A stretch of DNA of 64,000 nucleotides, taken from positions 96,001 through 160,000 of the forward strand of contig CAWJIM010000002.1 in NCBI GenBank assembly GCA_963842945.1, read 5' to 3'. Positions 26,583-38,431 of the stretch are shown here, piece after piece (positions within the stretch are counted from its first letter, which is position 1; every line of letters begins with the position of its first letter). Both the position numbers and the translations under genes were made by a program. The DNA is from an uncultured Gemmatimonadales bacterium. Lineage in GTDB: Bacteria; Gemmatimonadota; Gemmatimonadetes; Gemmatimonadales; GWC2-71-9. Below the pieces are notes generated by a model. The model was not told where the DNA came from and searched no databases. It was given only the letters and a program-made list of their open reading frames with translations.

Positions 26583-28133
26583 TCAGGTCGTCTGGGGGCG
26601 GGGGAGCTCGAATAGGATCGGTGCTCGTGGCGCCGGCCGCTCGGCTCGAAGCAGCTCCCATTCCCGCCAGAGATCGGGCAACGCGCTTACCACGTCCATC
26701 GGGCGAAGCGCCCGAGCCGTGTGACGTCGCGCAGCGAGGTCTGCGGCGCGTCCCAGCGCCTGCGCAGCCAGAGCGGCGGCGGCGGCCGGGTCCAGTCCCT
26801 GAGCCAGTCCGGTGCTCACCAGTCCGGTGAGTACGTCGCCGCTGCCGCCGGTGGCCAGCCCCGGATTGCCGGCGGCCACGGTCAGAAGCGAAGCACCAGG
26901 TGCTGCCACCACGCTGGGAACTCCCTTCAACAGCACGGTGGCGCCTACGGCCTGCGCGGCGCTCGCCGCCGCGGACCAGGGATCGAGCTCACGGACCGAA
27001 GCCAGATCGGGAAACAGGGTGCGGAACTCACCCGGATGCGGGGTCAGCACCAACGGCCGCCCTCGAGCAAGCTGCGCCAGCTCGGTCACCCGTCCGCCGA
27101 AAGCCACCAGTGCGTCGGCGTCGAGCACCGCTGTCTTGGCCACCTCAACCAGCGAGGCAACCAGCTCCCGCCTCCCCTGCTCCCGGCCGAGGCCGGGCCC
27201 AATCGCAAGCACATCGGCTTTCTGGACCAGGTCGAGCAGGGCCGCGCTGGCCGGCTGATCGAACGGGTGGGCCAGAGTCTGGAGATCAGGCTCGGCCTGC
27301 ACCAGTGCCGCCACCGTCTCCGGCGGGGCCACCGCGTGGACCAGACCGGCCCCTGCGGCAAATGCTGCCCGAGCCGCCATCCGGATTGCGCCGGTCATAC
27401 CGGCCGCTCCGCCCACTATGACCACTCGGCCGCGGGTGCCCTTGTGATCCCGCGCCTGGAGCCGGTGCAGCCATTCGACGGCCTGAGCGTCGGTAACCAG
27501 GGTGGGCCAGGCCGGATCGGGCGTCGGGAGGCCGATATCGACCACAACCACGTTGCCCACTTCATCACGGGCGAGCACATGTCCCCGGCGCAATCCGCCG
27601 AAGGTCACCGTGAGATCGGCGCGAATGGGGCCGTGCACGACGCCGGTCGAGAGATCCACCCCGGTCGGCCCGTCTATTGCCAGCACCGGGATCTCGAGAT
27701 CGTGGATCCGTTCGACCAGCGAAGCCATGGCGGGACGTGGAGCGCCGGAAGCGCCGGTGCCGAGCAGCGCATCCACCGCGAGCGCCACGGTGGGCCAGGG
27801 ACCATCGGGACTCACCTCCCGCACGCCTTCGGCCCGCGCCAGCCGCGCCATCCTCTCGCACAGCTCGGATGCAGGTGGGCTGGATGTGACCCAGACCGGC
27901 ACCTCCAGACGGTGCAGCGCCCGGGCGAGGACCCATCCATCGCCCCCGTTGTTGCCCGGTCCCGCCGCCACCAGCACGCCGGCCCGAAGCAGGTGCGCGT
28001 AGCGGTCCGAGAGCACGACGGCCACCGCGCGCCCTGCACTCTCCATCAGGGTGGCCAGCTCGACGCCTGCGGCAACCGCCCGCTGGTCCCAGCTTTTCGA
28101 TTGTTCGGGGGTGAGGATGGGGATGGTGGGCAT
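26583..28133 (-). CDS. nnr: Bifunctional NAD(P)H-hydrate epimerase/dehydratase
   Basis: LMESAG, GPGNNGGDG, DALLGTG, HKGTRG, GPGLG, LDADAL, LTPHPGE, ATGGSGDVL. Confidence 0.95.
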   Translation of the reverse strand: MPTIPILTPEQSKSWDQRAVAAGVELATLMESAGRAVAVVLSDRYAHLLRAGVLVAAGPGNNGGDGWVLARALHRLEVPVWVTSSPPASELCERMARLARAEGVREVSPDGPWPTVALAVDALLGTGASGAPRPAMASLVERIHDLEIPVLAIDGPTGVDLSTGVVHGPIRADLTVTFGGLRRGHVLARDEVGNVVVVDIGLPTPDPAWPTLVTDAQAVEWLHRLQARDHKGTRGRVVIVGGAAGMTGAIRMAARAAFAAGAGLVHAVAPPETVAALVQAEPDLQTLAHPFDQPASAALLDLVQKADVLAIGPGLGREQGRRELVASLVEVAKTAVLDADALVAFGGRVTELAQLARGRPLVLTPHPGEFRTLFPDLASVRELDPWSAAASAAQAVGATVLLKGVPSVVAAPGASLLTVAAGNPGLATGGSGDVLTGLVSTGLAQGLDPAAAAALAAQALGRAADLAARRHTARALRPMDVVSALPDLWREWELLRAERPAPRAPILFELPRPQTT

Positions 28134-28156
28134 GTACAGAGGTGAAGTGCTAAGAA

Positions 28157-28275
28157 CGTGAGCGGGAGTCAAGAGCGTGAGCGGTGAGCGGAGGTCTCCG
28201 GTCGCTGTGGATCAGCTCCGGGATGAGATCCCGTACGCATTCCTCCCGCTCACCGCTCACCCGCTTACCCGCTCT
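28157..28275. repeat. Inverted GTGAGCG / CGCTCAC heptamer hairpin
   Basis: gcgtgagcggtgagcggagg ... cctcccgctcaccgctcacccgcttacccgctc. Confidence 0.82.
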
Positions 28276-28468
28276 ACTTATAGCTCTGCCCAATCGCGCG
28301 GCCGAAACTGATTTCGCCGTTATCGATTCGCAGATTGAAGCCGCAGTCGGGATTGGTGCAGACCCACGCTTTGTAGGTGATGGGCGCGCCCTCGCGGCCA
28401 TAATCGGAAAGTGGAATGAGGGTTCCCTGCGAGCACTTCTGACAGGCCGGCCACTCCTTCGTCTCCAT
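28274..28468 (-). CDS. Small zinc-ribbon protein (64 aa)
   Basis: GGAGG RBS; METKEWPACQKC...WVCTNPDC. Confidence 0.75.
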   Translation of the reverse strand: METKEWPACQKCSQGTLIPLSDYGREGAPITYKAWVCTNPDCGFNLRIDNGEISFGRAIGQSYK

Positions 28469-28484
28469 GTTCCCTCCCGTCGCG

Positions 28485-28867
28485 CTAGGCGCCGCGCAGC
28501 CCCTGCCATTCATAGGTATCGCCGAACACATCGGCGAACTGGTACACTCCTTCGAAATCGGATTCAGTATCTCCCGGCTGGGTGACCAGGAGTCCAACCT
28601 CCACCAGGGTGAAGACGATTCGGCCGATGTCCTCGGTGCGGGTGATGCCCCAGTGGGTCAGCACTCCCTGAGCCAGGAGCCCGAACTGCTGCTGGGCGAA
28701 GTCCCGGCAGGCCCAGGCCAGCTCGGGCCCGCTCACGTGGCGGCGAATCTCGAGGCGGGTCTGAAGAAATTCGATGGTTGCCAGTACGAAGAGATACGCG
28801 CGCTCGTGATACTGGCCTCCCCGGGCGCGAATGCGTGCCATCACGTCGTCTGCCAGCTGCAGCTCGT

Positions 28868-28871
<4 letters not shown>
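28485..28871 (-). CDS. Minf_1886-family protein
   Basis: AYLFV..., RHVSGPEL, FGLLA..VL.HWGI..TEDIG.IVF.LVE.GLL. Confidence 0.8.
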
Positions 28872-30189
<1,318 letters not shown>

Positions 30190-30193
<4 letters not shown>

Positions 30194-30634
30194 CCATTCT
30201 CCTGATCGATCTTCTCCACCCTGCGTACGTGGCGGCCGCCGGCGAACTGCGTCTCCAGCCAGGTCTTCAGAATTTCGACTCCCTCATCCTCGCTCACGAA
30301 ACGAGCGGGCAGGATGAGGATGTTCGCATCGTTGTGCTCCCGCGCCAGCTTCGCGATCTCAGGATTCCAGGCCACCGCCGCCCGAACGCCCCGATGCCGG
30401 TTGGCCGCGTACGACATGCCGAGCCCACTTCCGCAGAGCAGGACGCCGCGGCTGGCGTGGTGCTGCTCCACTTCCGACGCGACCTTGTGGGCGAAGTCCG
30501 GATAGTCGGTCGATTCCGGACTGTGAGTGCCCAGGTCCAGAGGCTCGTATCCCAGCTCCCGCAGCTGCTCCGACCATCCGTTCCTTCAGCTGATAGCCGG
30601 CGTGATCCGATCCGATTGGTATGACTTCGGCCAT
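30190..30634 (-). CDS. rpiB: Ribose-5-phosphate isomerase B
   Basis: [31 protein letters not shown]. Confidence 0.92.
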
Positions 30635-31908
30635 TGGTCGTAAGGTAAGGATGGACGGGAAAGACGGGAAGGTTGCTGAAGGGAGTCGTGATGTACCCCC
30701 ACACCCTGCTGTCCGCCAACGCCACGCCCCCGCTGTCCCCCCATCCACATCCGATCCAGTCCGGCCACCGCGGCGATCCGCTGCTCGGCCAGCCGGTCTG
30801 CCGCCCGGTAGGTGGGGATCTTCTCCTGCCTGGCGATGTCGAAGATCCGGAGCAGGGTCTCGTAGATCTCGCCCGCCTTCTTCTTGGCCCGCTCCACCGG
30901 CCACCGGTGCAGCTCACCGTACACGTTGATCACGCCGCCGCCGTTGATGACGTAATCCGGGGCGTAGAGAATCCCGCGCTGCTCCAGCAGATCGCCGTGG
31001 CGATCCTCGGCCAGCTGGTTGTTGGCGCCCCCGGCAATGACCTCGACCTTGAGCCGGGGCAGCGTGTCGTCATTGACCGTGGCGCCAAGCGCGCAAGGAG
31101 CGTAGACGTCGGCCTTCTGGTCGTAGATCTCCTCCGGGCTGACCGACTTGGCGCCGGTCTCCTCAACCACCTTCTTCACCTTCTCCGCATCGATATCGGT
31201 GACGATCAGCTTGGCGCCCTCGGCATGGAGATACTGGGCCAGATGCGTCGCCACCTTCCCGCAGCCCTGGACCGCCACCGTCTTGCCGGTCAGGTCGTCC
31301 TTGCCCCAGCGAACCCGGGCGGCTGCTTTCATCCCCACGTAAACGCCGTACGCCGTGACCGGCGACGGGTCGCCCGAGAGGCCGAGGAGACCGGCGACGT
31401 GGTCGGTCTCCAGCTTGATGTACTCCATGTCGGCCGGGCTGGTGCCGATGTCCTCGGCGGTGATGTAGCGGCCGCCCAGGGTCTCGATGAACCGGCCGTG
31501 GGCCCGGAAGAGGGCTTCGCGGTCGGCCCGCCGGTTGTCCCCGATGATGACCGACTTGCCGCCACCGAGATTGATGCCGGCCACCGCCGACTTGTAGGTC
31601 ATGCCCCGGGAGAGCCGCAGCGCATCGGTGATCGCTTCATCGGTGCTGCCGTACTGCCAGAACCGGGTCCCGCCGAGCGCCGGGCCCAGCGTCGTATCAT
31701 GAATCGCGACGATGCCGAAGTAGCCACAGGAAGGGTCGTGGGACAGCAGGATCTGCTCGTGACCCATGGTCTGCATCTGGGCGAAGACATCGGAGGGAGC
31801 GGCGGACCCGTGCCGGGGTGAGCGCGGAGCCAGGTCGCTCTCCAGCGCCGACACTACGGCTCCGCCGAAGCCCGAGCGGTTACCGCCCAGGTTTTTGCTC
31901 GTAGTCAT
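30586..31908 (-). CDS. Glu/Leu/Phe/Val (leucine) dehydrogenase; ends approximate
   Basis: [56 protein letters not shown]. Confidence 0.92.
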   Translation of the reverse strand: MTTSKNLGGNRSGFGGAVVSALESDLAPRSPRHGSAAPSDVFAQMQTMGHEQILLSHDPSCGYFGIVAIHDTTLGPALGGTRFWQYGSTDEAITDALRLSRGMTYKSAVAGINLGGGKSVIIGDNRRADREALFRAHGRFIETLGGRYITAEDIGTSPADMEYIKLETDHVAGLLGLSGDPSPVTAYGVYVGMKAAARVRWGKDDLTGKTVAVQGCGKVATHLAQYLHAEGAKLIVTDIDAEKVKKVVEETGAKSVSPEEIYDQKADVYAPCALGATVNDDTLPRLKVEVIAGGANNQLAEDRHGDLLEQRGILYAPDYVINGGGVINVYGELHRWPVERAKKKAGEIYETLLRIFDIARQEKIPTYRAADRLAEQRIAAVAGLDRMWMGGQRGRGVGGQQGVGVHHDSLQQPSRLSRPSLPYDQWPKSYQSDRITPAIS

Positions 31909-32742
31909 AAAATCCTTTCCCGGTTTTCCGGCCCAGATGGCCAGCCGCAACCATTTTCCGCAGCAGAGGACAGGGACGATACTTGTCATCGCCCAGGCCC
32001 TGGTGCAGCACGTTCATGATGGCGAGGCACACGTCGAGCCCGATGAAGTCGGCCAGCGCCAGCGGTCCCATCGGATGCGCCATGCCGAGCTTCATCACCG
32101 TGTCGATCGCCTCGGGCGCGGCGACGCCTTCCATCACGCAGAAGATCGCCTCGTTGATCATCGGCATCAGCACCCGGTTGGTCACGAAGCCGGGATAGTC
32201 GTTCACCTCGACCGGCGTCTTGCCCAGGGCTCGCGCGGTCTCCATCACCGTCGCCGTGGTGCTGTCGCTGGTGGCGTGGCCCCGAATCACCTCGACCAGC
32301 TGCATCACCGGCACCGGATTCATGAAATGCATGCCGATCACCTGCTCCGGCCGGCGAGTGCGGCCCGGCGATCTCGGTGATCGAGATGGAGCTGGTGTTG
32401 CTGGCCAGGATGGCCTCGGGCCCGCAGATCCGGTCGAGCTGCTCGAACAGAGAGAACTTGACCGCCGGGTTTTCGCTCGCCGCTTCGATCACGAGCTCGG
32501 ACTCGGCCACCGCGGTGCAGATTGGTGCCGCTCGAGATCCGGCCCAGTACCTGATCGGGCGCGTCCGGCGGGAGCGTGCCCTTCTTCACCTGGCGCTCGA
32601 GGTTGCTGCGGATCGTGGCAGTGGCTTTCTCCAGGGCTGTGGGCGCGGTGTCGACCAGCGCCACCGCCCAGCCATGCTGCGCGAAGACGTGGGCGATCCC
32701 GTTGCCCATCGTTCCGGCACCCACCACCGCGGCGCGCTTCAC
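31880..32742 (-). CDS. hbd: 3-hydroxybutyryl-CoA dehydrogenase
   Basis: [53 protein letters not shown]. Confidence 0.92.
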
Positions 32743-33603
32743 GAGGGATCCCGCCGGGCCCAGCGCGCCATGATCAGCAGGGCGCCGGTGATGGCGCCGG
32801 TGGCGAGCAGTCCTCCCTCGGGGCCGAAGTGTCCGCCCGAGAGCCAGACCGGATCGCCGGCGCGGTAGTCGAGCAGGGGAATGCTGAAAGGCAGCCCGCT
32901 CACCGGAGCGTCGAGCGCGGCAAGCGTGGCGTTCCATCCCAGATGCGCGCCGAACGCGGTCCACAGCCCGCCGGGCGCATAGAAGGCCACGCCCAGGAAG
33001 ATTCCCGCCAGAGCGATGTTGCCCAGACCGAGCGGAGTGATTCCGGGGTTGAGTCCGTGGAAGAGCGCGAAGATCAGACCCGCCACCAGGACCAGCGCGG
33101 TGCCCCGGCCGATCGCCGCGGCCACCAGCACCAGCGGCAGGCCGCGGAACATGACCTCCTCGCTCAGGGCGGCCGGAGCGAGAACCAGCGAAGTCTTGAG
33201 CACCTGTCCCAGGTAGTCCCCCATTCCGCCGGTGTCACGGGACCAGTGCGAGTTGGCTACCAGGACCGCGGCGAGCAGAGCGACCGCGGCGGCCCCCGCG
33301 CCAAGAGCCAGGCCGGTCACCAGTCCCGGCGCCCCCGCCGGGGCCGGAACCAGCGCAGATCGGAGCGGTCCGAGCCGGAGCACCCGAAACCCTATGACCC
33401 AGGTGGCGAAGCCGAAGCCGAGCAGCTGGCTCGATCCCGGCAACGATGATCTGTGCGCGCCCCGGGCTGGATCATGTGTCTGCAACCCCTGCGACAGGTT
33501 GCCGTAAGCCAGTCTGCGCCCAGAGCGCCATGACCGATCCGCTGACGGCAATGCCCAGCAGCATAAAGGCGACCGACCAGCCGATCGCCTTGGGAAGGGA
33601 CAC
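32739..33603 (-). CDS. CPBP-family intramembrane metalloprotease
   Basis: EEVMFRG, FALFH, HLGWN, FGPEGG; hydrophobic. Confidence 0.85.
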
Positions 33604-33629
33604 TCTCTCGGAGCCGGTAGCCGGAGAGG

Positions 33630-34218
33630 TCAAAGCAGCGGGCGAAGCCTGGGTCCGACGGCCAGGATGATTGCCGCCGCCAGGCCGACCTTGAGAAGGT
33701 CGCCGGTAAGGAAGGGAACGAAGCCGATCCGGAACGCCAGAGCAGGATCTCCGCCCAGCAGGGCGAGCTGAGCGACGCCGCCGAAGTGAATGATGACCAT
33801 GCCGATGGCGCAGGCCAGGAGCACCCGCAGCACTGAGGAAGGCGCTGGCCGCACCAGAGCGCCGGTGACTCCCGCTGCGACCGGAAAGGCGAGCAGATAC
33901 CCGCCGGTTGGGCCGATCAGATGCAGCACTCCGGAACCGCCCGCGGCGAAGACCGGCAGACCCAGAGCACCCAGAGCGATGTAGAGGACCAGTGCGCTCA
34001 CGCCGGCCGCGGCGCCGAGCAGACCGCCTACCGCCAGCACCGCCAGCGGCTGGAGCGTCATCGGCACCGGACTGAAGGGCACCGGCACCACGACTTGCGC
34101 CGCCACAGCCACCAGCAGCGCGCCGAGCGCTGATGGGGCCCGCCGTGCGGGCGATTCGTGAGAGGCGTGAGCGGTGCTCGGCTGACGGCAGAGCCGCTCG
34201 ACCGGTTTCCAGATCCAT
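33630..34218 (-). CDS. bioY: Biotin transporter BioY
   Basis: PVPMTLQ, GLPVFA, GPTGGYLL.F, PFL.GD.LK. Confidence 0.9.
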
Positions 34219-35409
34219 TTAGATAAGCTCCACGCTCAGGGCCACTGCGTTTCCGCCGCCGAGACAGAGGGTGGCGAGACCGGTGCTGCCGCCCCGATCC
34301 CGCAGGGCGTACAGCAGGGTGGTGAGAACCCGGGCGCCGCTGGCACCGATGGGGTGGCCGAGCGCCACCGCGCCACCGTTGACGTTAACCCGGCTCCAGT
34401 CCCAACCCAGCTCCCGGCCGTCGGCCAGCGCCTGAACCGCAAAGGCCTCGTTGGCTTCGATGAGGTCGTAATCGGAAATCCGGGTGCCGGCCTTTTCCAT
34501 CAGCGCGCGCACCGCGATGACCGGCGCAAAGAAGAGGTCCCGGGGCTCACCACCGCCGGTCGAGTACCCGGTGACCTTTGCCAGCGGAGTGAGTCCGTGC
34601 GCCTTGGCAAACGCGAGCGAGGTGACCACCAGCGCACTGGCCCCGTCGTTCAAGCCGGGAGCGTTGCCGGCAGTGACCGTTCCACCATCCTTGCGGAAGG
34701 CCGGCTTCAGCTTGGCCAGCGTCTCGGCCGTGGTGTCTCTGCGAGGCGCCTCATCGGTGCTGACCGTCGTCGGCCCCGCCTTGCCGGGAACCTGAACCGG
34801 CAGGATCTCGGCCTTGAACTTTCCAGCATCGATCGCGGCGATGGCCTTCCGATGGCTGTCGTACGCGAACGCATCCTGATCGGCCCGGCTGACTCCCGCC
34901 TTCTCCGCGGTGTACTCGGCGTACTCTCCCATGTGGCAGCAGCCGAACGAGTCCCAGAGTCCATCGTGGATCATTCCATCTACCATCGTCTGGTTCCCCG
35001 CCTTGATCCCACTGCGCATGCCGTACACGTAGTGCGGGGCGCTGGACATCGACTCCTGGCCGCCGGCCACGATGCACTCTGCGTCGCCGGCCTTGATGGC
35101 CTGAGAGCCGAGCATGACGGCCTTGAGACCGGAGCCGCAGACCATGTTGATGGTGAGCGCGGGAATCGAAGCCGGAAGTCCGGCGTGGATCTGCGCCTGG
35201 CGCGCGGGCGCCTGTCCCGACCCACCCTGCACCACCTGGCCCATGATGACGGATTCCACCGCAGCAGGATCGACCCCGGCGCGGGACACGGCGTCGCGGA
35301 GGACCATGGCGCCGAGCTGAGGAGCGGTAAATGACGAGAGTCCGCCGAGATAGCGGCCGATGGGCGTGCGGACAGCGGAAAGAATGACGGGGGTCGTGCT
35401 ATCGCTCAC
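34219..35409 (-). CDS. Acetyl-CoA C-acetyltransferase (thiolase)
   Basis: [36 protein letters not shown]. Confidence 0.95.
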   Translation of the reverse strand: MSDSTTPVILSAVRTPIGRYLGGLSSFTAPQLGAMVLRDAVSRAGVDPAAVESVIMGQVVQGGSGQAPARQAQIHAGLPASIPALTINMVCGSGLKAVMLGSQAIKAGDAECIVAGGQESMSSAPHYVYGMRSGIKAGNQTMVDGMIHDGLWDSFGCCHMGEYAEYTAEKAGVSRADQDAFAYDSHRKAIAAIDAGKFKAEILPVQVPGKAGPTTVSTDEAPRRDTTAETLAKLKPAFRKDGGTVTAGNAPGLNDGASALVVTSLAFAKAHGLTPLAKVTGYSTGGGEPRDLFFAPVIAVRALMEKAGTRISDYDLIEANEAFAVQALADGRELGWDWSRVNVNGGAVALGHPIGASGARVLTTLLYALRDRGGSTGLATLCLGGGNAVALSVELI

Positions 35410-35690
35410 GTGTATTGATCCGGTTCAGGTTCGCTGCGGCAAAAGTATGCCCAAACAGCCGGTTTGTCACCTCAAGAAGAACCGGAAACCGGATACGAAG
35501 TTCCTGCGTCATGGGTTCTTGGCCGGCGGTCTTTCAGTAGCAGCGGAGTAAGTGCAACGGGCAACAGCGCAGGCGGAACGGGCTTCGGTTCGGAGGCAGG
35601 CTCCCAGGGGAGAGGTGGGCGGTTGTCGCGGAGCCTGCCGGAGAGCCCAGGTCCGTTCCGCCTGCGACAACCGGCGAGCAGCGGTGCGTC

Positions 35691-35806
35691 GGGCGAGCCG
35701 ATTGCCCTTCCGAGGCCGCGTTAGGGCGCGGCGCTGCGTCTATACTAGATCTAGCTTAGTGACGACAGCGCCCTGACTGCGGCCTCGCAGGGCAATCGGC
35801 TCGCCC
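35691..35806. repeat. ~116-bp palindromic dispersed element, copy 1
   Basis: Arms gggcgagccgattgccct / agggcaatcggctcgccc; related copy at 51704-51810. Confidence 0.85.
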
Positions 35807-35830
35807 GTAGCCGACCGTCACCCAGTCGTG

Positions 35831-37770
35831 CTACGGCACCATGAGCCGGCTGCGGACTTCTTCGCTGACCCGCTCGATGAACGCGCCGACCGGGATCACC
35901 TCCTGCTTCTTCCCCGCCCCGCGCACCCGCAGCGCCAGGCTGTCCGACTCCACTTCGCGCTGCCCCAGCACCGCCATGTACGGCACCTTCTGCAGCTCCC
36001 CTTCGCGGATCCGGTAGTTCAGGGTCTCGCCCCTGGCATCCACGTGCACCCGGAGCCCGGCCGCCTTCAACCGGCCGGCCAGCTGAGTCGCCGCATCCGC
36101 CTGGGCATCGGAGATCGGAATCACCCGCACCTGCTCCGGCGCGAGCCACACCGGAAACGCACCGGCAAAGTGCTCGATCAGGTTGCCGATGAAGCGCTCC
36201 AGCGTTCCGTAGATGGCGCGGTGAATCATCGCCGGCCGGTGAGGCCGGTTGTCGGCCCGGTGTACTCCAGCTCGAATCGCTCGGGCAGATTGAAGTCGAG
36301 CTGGATGGTGGGGCCCTGCCAGAGCCGTCCGATCGCGTCGCGGAACTTGATGTCGATCTTGGGGCCGTAGAACGCGCCACCGCCTTCATCGACCCGGTAG
36401 GGGATTCCCTTCCGCTCCAGCGCGCGCTTCAACATGCTCTCCGCCCGATCCCAGATCGCGTCGTCGCCCAACCGATCCGGCGGCCGGGTCGATACCTCGA
36501 AGTCGAGCTCGAAGCCGAAGGTCTCCCGCACCAGCCGGTCCACCTGGTCCAGGCAGAGGAAGATCTCGTCCTCCACCTGATCCATGGTGCAGAAGATGTG
36601 GGCATCGTCCATCGAGAGGCCGCGCACCCGCAGCAATCCGTGCAGCACACCGGAGCGCTCGTTGCGGTACACATTGGCCACCTCGGACAGCCGCACCGGC
36701 AGATCGCGATAGCTCCGCTGCTGGCTCTTGTAGATCAGCGCGTGCATCGGGCAGTTCATCGGCTTGACCCGATAGCGCACGTCTTCGGCCTCCTCGTGCC
36801 CCGCCGCCATTGCCGGGTACTGGTTGGCCTCGTACAGCGGCAGATGCCCGGAGATCTTGAACAGCTCTTCCCGGGTGATGTTAGGGGTATAGACCAGCTC
36901 GTACCCGTGCCGCACGTTGTCGTCTTCCACGGCGCGGGTCAGCAGCCACTTGATCAGCGCGCCCTTGGGGTGCCAGAACACCAGGCCAGGACCCACCACT
37001 TCCTGGATGGAAAAGAGATCGAGCTGCTTCCCCAGCACCCGGTGATCCCGCCGGCGGGCCTCCTCCAGCCGGTGCAGGTAGGCGTCGAGATCCTCCTTCT
37101 TGAACCAGGCGGTGCCGTAGATCCGCTGCAGCATCTGCCGCTTTTCGTCGCCCCGCCAGTAGGCGCCGGCGGCATGGAGCAGCTTGAAGTGCTTGAGCCG
37201 GCCGGTGCGAGGGATGTGGGGCCCGCGGCAGAGATCGACGAAGGGTCCGTCGGTGTAGACGGTGATGGTCTCGTCCTCGCCCAGCTCGGCGATCCGCTCC
37301 AGCTTGAGCGGGTCATCGGCAAACCGGCGGTTGGCCTCGGCCCGATCCACCACCTCGCGGACGAAGGGGAAATCGCGCGCGGCGACCTCCGCCATCTTGG
37401 CCTCGAGCCGCTGGAGGTCTTCCGGGGTGAAGGGGCGGTCCACCTGGAAGTCGTAGTAGAACCCGTCCTCGATCGGCGGGCCGAAGCCGATCCCCGCATT
37501 GGGGAACAGCTCCCGCACGGCCGTGGCCAGAATGTGCGCCGATGAGTGCCGGAGCACCGGCAGCGCATCAGGGTCGCGATCGGTCAGGATGGAAACCTGG
37601 GCATTCGAGTCCAGGGGCCGGTCGAGATCCCAGATCTCGCCGTTGACCCGGGCTGCAATCGCGGCCCGCGCCAGACCGGGGCCGATGCTTTCGGCGATCT
37701 GCCGCGGGGTGGTTCCGGCTGCCGCCTCACGCTGGCTCCCGTCCGGAAGGGTGACCTGGAGCACGTTCAC
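35831..37770 (-). CDS. thrS: Threonyl-tRNA synthetase
   Basis: TGS domain, RHSSAH, DLCRGPH, RDHR, KPMNCP, GAFYGPK, HRAIYG..ERF. Confidence 0.96.
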
Positions 37771-37919
37771 CGGGGCCCTTCCTGCACCGTGGGGGGAACC
37801 GCGGGCTTGGTCGAAGGCGCAAAGTAGAAGAACAGCGCAATGCCGGCGATCACGATGGCCGCTACGACCAGCCACCGGACCAGCTCGGAGCCGGACACTG
37901 TTACCCGATCATCATCCAT
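37767..37919 (-). CDS. 50-aa single-pass membrane protein
   Basis: MDDDRVTVSGSELVRWLVVAAIVIAGIALFFYFAPSTKPAVPPTVQEGPR; stop overlaps the thrS GTG (GTGA). Confidence 0.65.
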   Translation of the reverse strand: MDDDRVTVSGSELVRWLVVAAIVIAGIALFFYFAPSTKPAVPPTVQEGPR

Positions 37920-38007
37920 GGGCGACGCCCTCGAGAAAAATTCCTGCTATGGTTCCGGAAAAAGGTTAACTTAATGGCAGTACGATTTCTTCTGTAAGAG
38001 GATACGC

Positions 38008-38418
38008 GTGCGTCGAGACGAGCTGAGCGGGACCCAGATCTTCCTGTGGACCACCCTTGGCGTTGGGACCGGTCTGATGGCCGGATTTGCCCTGAGCGAG
38101 TGGGTGGGAGGCGTAAACCGGACCCGGTTTCGTCGCGCCACCCGACGCCTGGGCCAGCAGGCGCCCGCGCGCTCCACGCCAGCCGCTTCCGCTCGGGCGG
38201 TCGAGGCCGCTCTCCAGGGCGAGCCCCGGCTGTCGGGCTTCAGCATCGAGGCCATGGCGGTGAGCCGCGGAAGCGTCGAGCTGCGCGGGTGGGTCAAGGA
38301 CCGGGGCAGCCGGACCCTGGCCGCGCGGATCGCCCGCGCGGTCCCGGGAATCGATAGCGTGATCAACAGCATTCTGGTCCGCGGAGAAGACGACAGCTTT
38401 CCCGGCGGTAAGCGGTGA
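38008..38418 (+). CDS. BON domain protein
   Basis: N-terminal TM; VELRGWV...[19 protein letters not shown]. Confidence 0.78.
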   Translation: MRRDELSGTQIFLWTTLGVGTGLMAGFALSEWVGGVNRTRFRRATRRLGQQAPARSTPAASARAVEAALQGEPRLSGFSIEAMAVSRGSVELRGWVKDRGSRTLAARIARAVPGIDSVINSILVRGEDDSFPGGKR

Positions 38419-38431
38419 CCGACCAGAGCGC

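Noticed and set aside
35568..35806. 6S or SRP RNA
   Set aside because: Diagnostic SRP or 6S motifs were not recognised, and one hairpin recurs elsewhere like a repeat element.
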